Below are positions 28,922-38,500 of a stretch of DNA of 47,351 nucleotides, piece by piece. The DNA lies in assembly GCA_039679675.1 (NCBI GenBank), contig JBDKUN010000058.1, forward strand, positions 1 to 47,351. Reading direction: 5' to 3'. A program made the position numbers and the translations under genes. Under the pieces are notes generated by a model that was not told the DNA's origin, ran no database searches, and saw only the letters and a list, made by a program, of their open reading frames with translations. Origin of the DNA: Armatimonadota bacterium (GTDB taxonomy: Bacteria; Armatimonadota; UBA5829; DTLH01). Numbering within the stretch: position 1 is the first letter of the stretch; the number at the start of each line of letters is the position of its first letter.

Positions 28922-28938
28922 CGGTAGGATCCCTACCG
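28922..28938. terminator. Hairpin between the convergent CDF and mntP genes
   Basis: CGGTAGG-ATC-CCTACCG inverted repeat. Confidence 0.4.
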
Positions 28939-28957
28939 GGCAAGCGATTTTAGGCCC

Positions 28958-29524
28958 TCAAAGCCTGAATCCTACCAATATAAGAATACCAAGCAGGACC
29001 AGTATCATCCCCCCGACGAATGGTGCGCGCCGGTGCAGTAATTTGCCGATCTGCCCGCCTATCTCGACGCCAGCGACAGTCATTCCAAATGCTACGATGC
29101 CGATCACAGCGCTTGCAGGAAGTATGTGGATACCTTTTATACTGAGTGCATATGCGACACCGACGGCGAGCGCGTCTATACTGACGCCGACAGATGCTGC
29201 CACAAGCGCAAAGAAGCTGTTGTGGATCATAGGAGGGCACTCCAACCCGTCTTCCGACAGTGCTTTCCACACCATTATCCCGCCGAGCGTCAACAGGAGT
29301 ATACCGCCTATAAAACTTGCATACGAACCAACAATTTTCCCGAAAACTGTTCCAAGAGCCAGGCCGATTATCGGCATGATAAACTGAAAAGCGCCAAACC
29401 CCGAAGCCAGCCTGATTTTTTGTTTTGACGTCGCGCCTGCCATCCCTACGCATATCGCGACCGAGAACGCATCAGCTCCAAGTCCGACCGCGACAGTCAA
29501 AAGAAAAAACAAATCTCGCAACAA
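28958..29524 (-). CDS. mntP: Manganese efflux pump MntP family
   Basis: GLGADAFSVAI, FGAFQFIMP, VSIDALAVG; TTG start after AGGAG. Confidence 0.9.
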   Translation of the reverse strand: MLRDLFFLLTVAVGLGADAFSVAICVGMAGATSKQKIRLASGFGAFQFIMPIIGLALGTVFGKIVGSYASFIGGILLLTLGGIMVWKALSEDGLECPPMIHNSFFALVAASVGVSIDALAVGVAYALSIKGIHILPASAVIGIVAFGMTVAGVEIGGQIGKLLHRRAPFVGGMILVLLGILILVGFRL

Positions 29525-29614
29525 AATACTCCTGTTAAATTATTACCGTTTCAGATCAAGCAGTCCGATGCAGCAATAGGTTATGTACCTGACAGCTGTT
29601 CCGTTCCTTGATAT

Positions 29615-32155
29615 TTACGGCTTAACAATCCCGTCCGGCTTGAATTCACCCGGACTTACTACTATCGCATCTATCCCAAGCTCGTAATTTCCGGCAGAAT
29701 TCGGTGAATCCAGGCGAATTTGAAACGTGTGCGCACCTTGCGCCAAATTGACACTGCCGATACGCACCCATTGGAACCCTGGAGAGCTGGCTCCCTGCAC
29801 AGAACAGGCTGCCTGCTGCCATGGTTCGTTATCGAATGAAAAACTGATCGCTGTACTGCTTGCGTCGACACCTGAAGCGGCTATCCATACATCGTGAAGC
29901 GCAGTTTTGGTAATTTCCACCGCATAAGATGCCGTGTACGGGCTCATAGGGGGCGGCAGCTTTGTGCTGAGCGACAGATATGCCCCATTGCTGGCATGAA
30001 GTGAGGAAACCACCTGGCTGAAGCTGTGAGAGATCGTATTCTCCCCTTCAATCCACGCATAAGTTCCAATCTCTTCTCCGATCTGTTCTACAAAAGTATG
30101 CGCGATATCGTATGCTACGGCGGGAAGACCGTTTTTCAACACCGTTTTTGCGCGGTTTGTCGCAATATCCGCATCGGGAACCCTGCTGTCTGTCGCTTTT
30201 GCGCGAGCCACAAGCGGCCCCAGTTTGGCCAGTTCTTTGCTTACAACCTCTAGTGGGAACATTTGCCGCTCATCAAGCCCCGAAATCAGGACCGGGGTGT
30301 CACCGAGTACTACAGTAAATCCCTTTTTAGTTATTGTGAAGACACCGCTCGGGTCCTGCGGGAAAACAAGCGTGGGTTTCTGGCCTTTCTGCAGCGGAAA
30401 AGTAACAGTTGTACTGCCGGTCCTGCTGAAAAGACACACTCCCTGCTGGTCTGGCATCGTGTAACCAGCAAGAGTATCACCGTACTTGAATCCGGTCCCA
30501 TAGCGAAGACTCGGCAGCCACCACTTCCCCGGGCCGAGCCGCTTTGTCTCAGCGCCCATAACCGGCTCGGATGGATAGTACACGACATACGGCACAAACG
30601 AAGCGCGCTGATCACTCAGAAATTTGTCTTTGAAATCCTTCAGCCAGCCCAACTGCTCCGGCGCAAGGACAAGGGAATGGTTTTTCCACATCTCATCGGG
30701 CAGGACCTGAAGCCCATTGACGAATATTCCCTTTACCCCGATCTCCCCCAGTGTGTCGAGGTCTGCGAACATGGCATCCCTGCTCTCATAACCTGGACTT
30801 GACTTTACCTTTGCAGCGGTGTCCATCGTGCTTGTTACAACAAACCACATCGAACACACCGCTTCTTCAGCAGTCGAATAAACCGGACCGGCTGTATTTA
30901 CAACAAGGTCCTGTCCGCGGCCGTAACAATCGACACCTAGTCCGTCGAAGCCGCCGCGAGGCTTGGAATTAGCCAAAATACGGTGCATACCGGCTGCTCT
31001 GTATATCACGGGAACATCCGCAGCGTTTTTCTTCAACAAGTCAGCGGCAGTATTAAGGTAGTTTTGTGCGGATGTATCGCGGAAATCATGGAAATCATCC
31101 CAGACTTTAGCCCTTGGGGTATCTATTTTGTAGCAATGGCCATTTGCTCTGTCGTAAATCTCAGGAATTCCCCGCATGCCCTGCCAGAGTGGCATCATTC
31201 TGGCAGCTTCCTGAAACGAAACCATGTTTGCACCGATCAGCCCCCAGGCGATATTGAGCGCCCCTATGTTCTGGTATTTTTTCGACAGATACGCTTCGAA
31301 TTCTAGCCTGAAATCGGAGGAATCCGGGATTACATTGGGCATATCTCCGGGGAAGTCCATTTTACTGGTAAGAGGATCGACGAAAAAGCGGAATCCTTTG
31401 CCGAACTTGAGTGCGGACACGAATGCGAGCAACCTGTCTCGAAATTCATCGAATCCGCTCCATATATCTTCCACGCCGGACTGCCCGCCATTCGAGAACT
31501 CCTTTTCAGGATACAGCAGGAGCACGCAGCTCTGGTCGGAACGGGCCTTTATGTCCACCCTTACTTTCCCGCCGGATACGGACGCGCCTCCGCTCGCTAT
31601 AACAGTGCCGTCGGTCGCTCCGCAAAGCATCCAAAGCGCAGAGGTAACATCGGGCATATTGAATGTAAAAGTCGTATCCTTCGTTATATCGGCAACTCTA
31701 TATTTGGCGGGCTCGATTATATTGCCGCTCAGCGGAGATTTCGGGCCATCGGCGAGATCTATTCCGTAAGTGAAGCCGTTATCATCGAGATAATCTGTGA
31801 GCCTCTGCCATGCCGCCGGTTTTGTCCTGGTAGCCGGGCCTATCGCCTTTAGAAGCAGCTCGGTGATCCCCGATGCCTTTATCGTCTCCAATGACTTTAC
31901 GTCGGCCTGCCAGTTTTCCTCAGTCTGGCCGATGCAGATATATCTGGAGTAGAATACGCCTCCTACCGGGATATACGGCTGCCCATCCCAGATCAATGTA
32001 TGCGCGCCATCTATCTTCCACCTGTGAATACTCTTGTCTTTTGCGGTAAACTCCCCGTTCGAGGCATATTTCACATCCATTGTCTGGGCACAGACCGGAA
32101 CAAAGGCACTCAGGCATATCACAACTATATACATTAAAATGCAGGTTCTGCGCAT
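29615..32155 (-). CDS. Large secreted protein, putative glycoside-hydrolase-like with C-terminal beta-sandwich
   Basis: RBS GGAGG; signal peptide; DGQPYIPVG and FEAYLSKKYQNIGALNIAWG (GH42-like segment); C-terminal WVRIGSVNLAQGAHT...IDAIVV module. Confidence 0.6.
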   Translation of the reverse strand: MRRTCILMYIVVICLSAFVPVCAQTMDVKYASNGEFTAKDKSIHRWKIDGAHTLIWDGQPYIPVGGVFYSRYICIGQTEENWQADVKSLETIKASGITELLLKAIGPATRTKPAAWQRLTDYLDDNGFTYGIDLADGPKSPLSGNIIEPAKYRVADITKDTTFTFNMPDVTSALWMLCGATDGTVIASGGASVSGGKVRVDIKARSDQSCVLLLYPEKEFSNGGQSGVEDIWSGFDEFRDRLLAFVSALKFGKGFRFFVDPLTSKMDFPGDMPNVIPDSSDFRLEFEAYLSKKYQNIGALNIAWGLIGANMVSFQEAARMMPLWQGMRGIPEIYDRANGHCYKIDTPRAKVWDDFHDFRDTSAQNYLNTAADLLKKNAADVPVIYRAAGMHRILANSKPRGGFDGLGVDCYGRGQDLVVNTAGPVYSTAEEAVCSMWFVVTSTMDTAAKVKSSPGYESRDAMFADLDTLGEIGVKGIFVNGLQVLPDEMWKNHSLVLAPEQLGWLKDFKDKFLSDQRASFVPYVVYYPSEPVMGAETKRLGPGKWWLPSLRYGTGFKYGDTLAGYTMPDQQGVCLFSRTGSTTVTFPLQKGQKPTLVFPQDPSGVFTITKKGFTVVLGDTPVLISGLDERQMFPLEVVSKELAKLGPLVARAKATDSRVPDADIATNRAKTVLKNGLPAVAYDIAHTFVEQIGEEIGTYAWIEGENTISHSFSQVVSSLHASNGAYLSLSTKLPPPMSPYTASYAVEITKTALHDVWIAASGVDASSTAISFSFDNEPWQQAACSVQGASSPGFQWVRIGSVNLAQGAHTFQIRLDSPNSAGNYELGIDAIVVSPGEFKPDGIVKP

Positions 32156-32346
32156 TATACAATCCTCCGGAGCCACACGAGTGGGCTCATCTGTATAGAC
32201 GGCCAGCGGGCATGGAAAAGTTTCAAATACTCGTTAATTTATGAGCATCTGAACAATATACTCTAACTTTAACACATGAGCGGCGGTATTCACCAGTCGC
32301 TACCTGCTAAAGAGCTTTTGAATGTGGAACAAACAAGCATTCATCG

Positions 32347-32375
32347 TTGATTTTAGGGTATGAATGCGGTATAAT
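32347..32375 (+). promoter_or_regulatory. sigma70 promoter of ssrA
   Basis: TTGATT-17 nt-TATAAT about 20 nt upstream of the tmRNA. Confidence 0.75.
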
Positions 32376-32395
32376 AATGACGAAACTGAATACGT

Positions 32396-32744
32396 GGGGG
32401 CGAATGGAGTCGACAGGGAAGTAGCGGCTTTGGTTGCGGGCCGAGGCGCCGCTGGCCTCGTAAAAAGCGGCAAGCCAATAAACGGCACAAATCAGTACGC
32501 ACTCGCTGCTTAATTAGCTAGCGCATCTGCCCGGTCTATTTCGGCGTGGCCGGATACAGGTGTCAATAGAGCCGAATTGCTCCTTCCTATACGTTCGTAA
32601 CGGGAAGAGGACACAATACGAACTGGCTTGAAGGAATCCCGCCTGTGGGAGTCTGACAAGCGAGAACTAAAACGCGGGATACGCTCGTAGAAGCCTCTGT
32701 CAGCTCTTCTTTGGACCCGGGTTCGAGTCCCGGCGCCTCCACCA
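32396..32744 (+). ncRNA. ssrA: Transfer-messenger RNA; tag reading frame 32484-32513 encodes (A)GTNQYALAA*
   Basis: 5' GGGGGCG...TCGAC; 3' GACCCGGGTTCGAGTCCCGGCGCCTCCACCA; tag ends YALAA-TAA. Confidence 0.96.
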
Positions 32745-32875
32745 TCATCAGAGAGGCTTAATCGTCTCTCATTGTTCATGTATGTGAGCTGCGCCACGCT
32801 CATTTTTTGACGATGTAAGCGTGGTTTTGCTTTGTACGCCGCGCGAATTTGTGACAAACTCCTTTGGACTGGGTT

Positions 32876-33088
32876 CTACCAATTGTTACCCCAAAATGCT
32901 CTCAACCGGTTCTTCATCCGCCAAAGCCTCAGCGGAGGAGGATCTTTCGGGCAGTTTTTCTCTGTTTTCTCCGATGGGTTCTCCGGACGAGTCCGAAGGG
33001 CTATGAATATGAAAAGGATTGACAGCATCAGGATACCAACGTAACATACAGTTAGTAATAATGTATTTAATCCTGATGATAAGTCCAT
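32876..33088 (-). CDS. Possible small membrane protein (70 aa)
   Basis: One clear hydrophobic helix followed by a charged tail; weak SD. Confidence 0.4.
   Translation of the reverse strand: MDLSSGLNTLLLTVCYVGILMLSILFIFIALRTRPENPSEKTEKNCPKDPPPLRLWRMKNRLRAFWGNNW
32912..32941. repeat. REP-like palindrome
   Basis: CTTCATCCGCCAAAGCCTCAGCGGAGGAGG forms an imperfect hairpin. Confidence 0.4.
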
Positions 33089-33173
33089 GGGTGTCGATCA
33101 TGGAACTTCTGCGTAGAAAACGCGCGCCAAAGCATACAAAGTAGGTCTATAGATTGTGTGAGGTGTTCAAGCG

Positions 33174-33635
33174 ATGGAATGGCTGAAATCGCAGTTCTAT
33201 GTTAATGGTGTCTTTAACGTTATCCAGTTTTGTCTAGCGATAATGGCGGTTATCGGGTTGAGTGAAAAGTTATATCAATGGAACAAGAATTGGAAGACTG
33301 CTAGAAGAACAAAACGCCATGAGAACGCTGCATCCATTAAATTATACTGCAGGATATCAAAGTCTTTTCTTCCTAACGGTATGGGTGTTCCATCTAGGTT
33401 AATTAAGGTGGTGAACACTAGTGATACAGCTTATGCCGGTGATGTTGCATTAAATGTTGGAGATAAGGACATATATCATTCAAGTGAGACTATAGAAGTA
33501 TGTGATATGCCACCTAGACATGCTGAGGTAGTTAGCATTCCTATTGAGCCAACTAGAATTTTTGCCAGTTGGATAGACATAAGAGGTGGATGCATGACAA
33601 CTCCACTGCAAATCGTAGCACTGGAGGAATTTTGA
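33174..33635 (+). CDS. Hypothetical protein with N-terminal TM helix (AT-rich)
   Basis: RBS GAGGTG; 153-aa ORF; no family recognised. Confidence 0.7.
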   Translation: MEWLKSQFYVNGVFNVIQFCLAIMAVIGLSEKLYQWNKNWKTARRTKRHENAASIKLYCRISKSFLPNGMGVPSRLIKVVNTSDTAYAGDVALNVGDKDIYHSSETIEVCDMPPRHAEVVSIPIEPTRIFASWIDIRGGCMTTPLQIVALEEF

Positions 33636-33638
33636 AAT

Positions 33639-33667
33639 GCTTCGGCGCACGCTTTTTGCGCCGAAGC
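33639..33667. repeat. 11-bp perfect inverted repeat (terminator or REP-like)
   Basis: GCTTCGGCGCA-7 nt-TGCGCCGAAGC directly after the stop at 33635. Confidence 0.6.
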
Positions 33668-33831
33668 TAAAATTATCGTATACGTTCCTAGCTCCGCATT
33701 TCCACAAATAGGTAAAAACAAGCCAATTCCACCCCTTTTCTCTTGCTATTTTGATCCACAATCCCTTTTCTCCGTCATTTTCCGCTATACTACTAGAGTG
33801 CCTTTAAATATCTGTTGAAAGAGGTCCGTAA

Positions 33832-34554
33832 GTGAACATACTAGCGATAAATGGGAGCCCAAAGGGGTCTGCAGGCAATACTGAGGTGCTGATTCGCGCT
33901 TTTCTTGATGGCGCGGCACAAACCGGGGATTCGACAGAAACTGTCTACCTCAAAGAGAAGAAAATCGAGCGCTGTGTCGGTTGTTTGTCCTGCTGGTTCA
34001 AAACACCGGGGGTCTGCGTATTCAAAGACGATATGGCGGAACTCCTGGAGAAAATACGCTGTGCTGAAATACTCATTTTCGGCTCGCCGCTTTATTTCTT
34101 CAACTTCACAGGCATTATGAAGGACTTCACCGACAGGCTTGTACCGTTCTGGCAGCCGTTTATTGATTTCGAGGACGGGATATCGACGCATCCGAGCCGG
34201 TATAAGGACTTCAAACCGAAGGCAGTCGTGCTAATCTCGAACAGCGCATTCCCGGAACAGGTCCATTTTGACGGCATGAAGCAGATATTCAACAGTGTCG
34301 CGCAGGGTTTCAGACCTGCCAAGCCGAACATCATCTGTTGCGCCGGTGGTGTGCTCCTTAAGATGCCCGAAGCACGCGATATTATCACGTGGTATGTGGA
34401 TGCCGTCAAGAAAGCGGGTTCAGAAGTAGCGCGAGACGGTGCGATTCATGCGGACACTCAGGAAATCCTTGAAAGACCGCTGATTGACGACGCCAAAGCT
34501 TATTCCCAGAGGGCAAATGCGCTCTGGGAGTCAATGGGACTCAAGCGCATATAA
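33832..34554 (+). CDS. Flavodoxin family / iron-sulfur flavoprotein-like (NADPH-dependent FMN reductase fold)
   Basis: INGSPKG..GNT, CVGCLSCW....GVC...DD, GSPLY. Confidence 0.88.
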   Translation: MNILAINGSPKGSAGNTEVLIRAFLDGAAQTGDSTETVYLKEKKIERCVGCLSCWFKTPGVCVFKDDMAELLEKIRCAEILIFGSPLYFFNFTGIMKDFTDRLVPFWQPFIDFEDGISTHPSRYKDFKPKAVVLISNSAFPEQVHFDGMKQIFNSVAQGFRPAKPNIICCAGGVLLKMPEARDIITWYVDAVKKAGSEVARDGAIHADTQEILERPLIDDAKAYSQRANALWESMGLKRI

Positions 34555-34587
34555 GTGACTTCACTCTAATATCAGATTTATCGCGAC

Positions 34588-34625
34588 ACCACGCTCGCTT
34601 AATGATGCGAGCGTGGTTTTGTTTT
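34588..34625 (+). terminator. Intrinsic terminator
   Basis: ACCACGCTCGC...GCGAGCGTGGT followed by TTTGTTTT. Confidence 0.85.
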
Positions 34626-34728
34626 ATCCACTGCCTCATGTGTTTCCATCCTGTCCGCAAAGGGTAGAAAAAACCTGGTCATAGAGCTACATCCGATAGC
34701 AGTTCGATATGCGAAGGAGAATTCTGCC

Positions 34729-35412
34729 ATGCGAAAGTGTCTCGTATTAGTGTTATGCCCTCTGGCACTCGCCTGTTTGTTAGCGTTGTTCCTCGGCTGC
34801 GGAGGTGGAGATGATGAAGATGACGGAGGGACGCCCAGTCCGGGCTCTCCTGATGATTCGTCCAGGTTTTACTATCCGACCAGCTATGTCTGGAGCGGTG
34901 ACGGCAATATCCAGCAGCCGCCGGGAGAGTCGCAGCTCTTTGGCTGGCTGGCGACCGATCAGGATGATCCACCCTACCCCGTCCACTACAGTCACCTTGG
35001 AATAGATATCCGAAGCAACTCGAATTCGCCGGTCTATGCACTGACGGACGGTGTAATAGCCGCAAACAAGACTACCAACTACAACACTGAAAACAAGGCA
35101 CTCTGGGTTAAGCATGATCTACCGGACGGAGGCTCGTTCTATGCTGTATACGGCCACGTTGACTCATCTCTTCAAGAGGGGACTCAAGTTAAGGCAGGAC
35201 AGCAGATTGCAAGAATAGCCGAGCAGGACAACTCGCATATACACCTTGGAATACACCCGGAAGGTGTCACAGCCCCCTGGGGGCGCGGCACAATCCCCGA
35301 CGGCTGGTCCATCAAGAAAGACCTGGATAAAAGTGAGCTTCCGAAGAATGGATGGGTCGCTCCAAGAAGCTATCTGGAGAGTAAATTCGATTCCGGAGCC
35401 ACTGTCGAATAG
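34729..35412 (+). CDS. M23 family metallopeptidase lipoprotein
   Basis: RBS AAGGAG; lipobox-like FLGC; HLGID, YGH and HIH zinc motifs. Confidence 0.88.
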   Translation: MRKCLVLVLCPLALACLLALFLGCGGGDDEDDGGTPSPGSPDDSSRFYYPTSYVWSGDGNIQQPPGESQLFGWLATDQDDPPYPVHYSHLGIDIRSNSNSPVYALTDGVIAANKTTNYNTENKALWVKHDLPDGGSFYAVYGHVDSSLQEGTQVKAGQQIARIAEQDNSHIHLGIHPEGVTAPWGRGTIPDGWSIKKDLDKSELPKNGWVAPRSYLESKFDSGATVE

Positions 35413-35502
35413 ATATTGCAGCAAGTAGCATATTGGCAACTACTTAGCGAGTAGACTTATATAGACTCGATTAGCTAAAATAGGCAGGAGATAATTGGTA
35501 AT

Positions 35503-38500
35503 ATGTCATCGGAATTTCCTGCCAGCTTCCATCCGGCTATCAAAAAATGGTTTGTCGAGAAGTTCGGTCAACCGACCCAACCGCAAAAGCAGGGTTGGCC
35601 TTTGATCGACCGGGGGATAAACACGCTTATCCTCGCACCGACCGGCTCAGGAAAGACGCTTGCGGCCTTTCTCGCAGGTATAAACCGCGTAATTTGCGAC
35701 CTCGCTTCCGGCCAGACTCCCGAAAATGGGGTTGAAATCCTCTACATTTCGCCCTTGAAAGCCTTGAACTACGATATTGAGCGCAACCTCGCATCCCCGC
35801 TTTCTGAAATAAATGAGATCGCAGAAAAAATGGGCTGCCCGATCCCAAGCATCAAGACGGCTGTTCGTACCGGGGACACTCCCGCGAATGAACGTAGAAA
35901 GATGCTCAAAAAGCCTCCTCATATTCTGATCACGACTCCTGAATCACTGCATATTATGCTCACGTCTTCAGCAAGAAATATCTTCGATACGGTGAGATAT
36001 GTCATTGTGGACGAGATCCATGCGCTCTGCCCCAATAAGCGAGGCGTCTTTTTATCGGTCCTTCTCGAAAGGCTTGAGCATATCTGCATAAACTCACCTG
36101 TCCGAATCGGCCTTTCTGCGACACAGAAGCCTCTTTCTGAAGTAGCGCGTTTCCTTGGCGGATTTGACGATGATGGGGAGCCGCGCCAGGTAGAAATCGT
36201 CGATACCGGCGTGCGCAGGCAGGTAGATTTGAAGGTCGTATGCACATGCGATGATTTGCGGCATCCCGAAGACGGCTCCGTATGGCCTTCGATATACCGA
36301 AGGCTGCTGGACCTTGTCCGTACGCATAAATCTACGATTATTTTCGCCAACACGCGGCGGATTGTTGAAAATCTGACGCTTGGAATAAATGATCTTGCCG
36401 GTGAGGAGATCGTAAAACCGCACCACGGGAGCGTGTCCGCACCACTGCGGCGGCGTACGGAGGCAGCGCTTAAAAACGGCACGCTGAAGGGTGTAGTAGC
36501 TACCGGAACGCTCGAACTTGGAATAGATATGGGCGCAGTCGAGCTTGTATGCCAGGTCGAATCCCCAAAGGAGGTCTCACGCGGCCTGCAGCGTGTCGGC
36601 CGCGCGGGGCATGTCCATACTGCGATAAGTAAAGGCCGTGTGCTCGCAAAAACCAATCCCGATCTGGTCGAGGCGGTGAGTATTGCGAAGGGGATGATCG
36701 ACGGCGATGTCGAACCCATCAATGTCCCTAAAAATTGTCTCGATATTCTCGCCCAGCAGATTGTTGCTATGGCTGCAATCGAGGATACCCATTGGGGAGA
36801 TGTCTATCGCACAGTAAAACGCACTTATACGTTCAAAGAACTCTCCGAAGAAGCCTTCAATTTGACGCTTCAGCTTGTAACCGGCAGGTATCCGTCCAAA
36901 GCATTCAAGGATCTCCGTGCCAGAGTCTCGTTTGACAGGCTTACCGGGCGGATATCGCCGCTGCCGGGTTCTCAGCGGCTGGTGATCGCAAACGGCGGCG
37001 CAATCCCGGACACGGGGGAATATGGCGTATATCTAGCAGATGCACATGTAAAAATCGGAGAGCTTGACGAAGAATTTGTGTATGAGTCACGCGAAGGTGA
37101 TACGTTTTCACTCGGTACGAACGGCTGGAAGATACAGAAGATAGAAGCTGACAGGGTTATTGTTTCACACGGTTCCCAGGTTCAAGCAAAAATGCCGTTT
37201 TGGCGGGGTGAGAGTGTTCCCAGATCGGCTCGCACAGGCAGAAAAATGGGCGAAATGCTGCGCAATATCGCCGAAATGGACGACAAGGCAGAGAAATGGG
37301 TAGCTGAAAACCTCCCTGTGGATATGAGGTCCGCATGCAATTTGTGCAACTTCGTAAAAACGCAGACCGGGACTAAAGACAAGTCAGGGCTACCAACCGA
37401 TAAACGTATAGTGCTGGAGAGTTTTGTCGATGAGCTGGGCAGCACCCGTCTCGCGCTTCTGAGCGTTTTCGGCGGAAGAATTCACCACGCTTTACGTATT
37501 GCACTTTCTGCACTGATGAAAAAAGAGCTTGGAGTAGTTCCTGAGACGATCAGCGGCGACAATGGAATTCTGTTCAAACTGCCTGAAGGAGACACTCCGC
37601 CGCCATTTTCGCTCCTTAAGAAACTTACACCGGATCTCGCATATGAGCTTATCGCTGAGGACCTTCCTGATACAGCGCTTTTCGGCCTGCGCTTCAGGCA
37701 AAATGCGGCACGGGCGCTGCTGCTTCCTGGGGCCGGAGCCGGCAGACGGACCCCACTCTGGCTCCAGCGGCTGAAATCAAGAGATTTGCTTTACATAGCA
37801 AAAGCATTTGACGGTTTTCCTATTGTCGTCGAAACACTGAGGGAATGCCTGCAGGATTATCTGGAACTTAGTGAACTGCAGGAAATACTCCGGCAGGTGC
37901 AGTCCGGCGAGATTGAAGTAAGTGTGGTTGAGCGGCAACTGCCGTCTCCATTTACTTCAGCCATACTCCTCAATTTCCAGATGATATACCAGTACGAGGG
38001 GGATGACCCTAAAGTTCAGAGCAGAAAGCGGAATGCTCCGATTGAACGCAGACTGGTCGATGAGCTGATCGACGGCAAGGTCAACCGTATGCTCGATGAA
38101 CGGGCTATATCCGGGTTGGACGATCAACTTCAGGGCAGAGGAGACCACAGCCGCGCAAGAACAGCGGGAGAACTGTATGAACTCATAAGGCAGCTTGGGG
38201 ATATTCCCGAAGAAGATTGCATTTCGAGGTGCACTGAGCCGGAAATGTTTGATGCGCTGCTTGAAGAGGGCAGGCTTGTGCGAATAGTCCTTCCACATGC
38301 TGAAAGGCCCAGCCGGTTCGTAGCATGTGATTATCTGGAAGAGTATATTCAAGCTACGTCGGATGACTATACACTGCAGCTTGCAGCTTTCGCAGGCATA
38401 ATCGAAAGGCATATATCGAACAGAGGGGTTGTTGTTCCAGCGGATATTGCCGCTGACTACGGTCTGCCAGCGGAGTTTGTCGCGAATATCGTGAATGGAC

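Noticed and set aside
29525..29614. yybP-ykoY Mn riboswitch upstream of mntP
   Set aside because: The conserved GGGGAGUAGC and GAGACC blocks are not seen, and the gap is short.
32300..32857. ORFs 32300-32488 and 32510-32857
   Set aside because: Antisense to the tmRNA; spurious.
33690..33710. GCTCCGCATTTCCACA as a possible attR copy of the ssrA 3' end
   Set aside because: Similarity to CGGCGCCTCCACCA is too short and imperfect to support.
34626..34728. Possible cyclic-dinucleotide riboswitch ahead of the M23 gene
   Set aside because: Only an isolated GCAAA; the c-di-GMP and c-di-AMP consensus blocks are not present.
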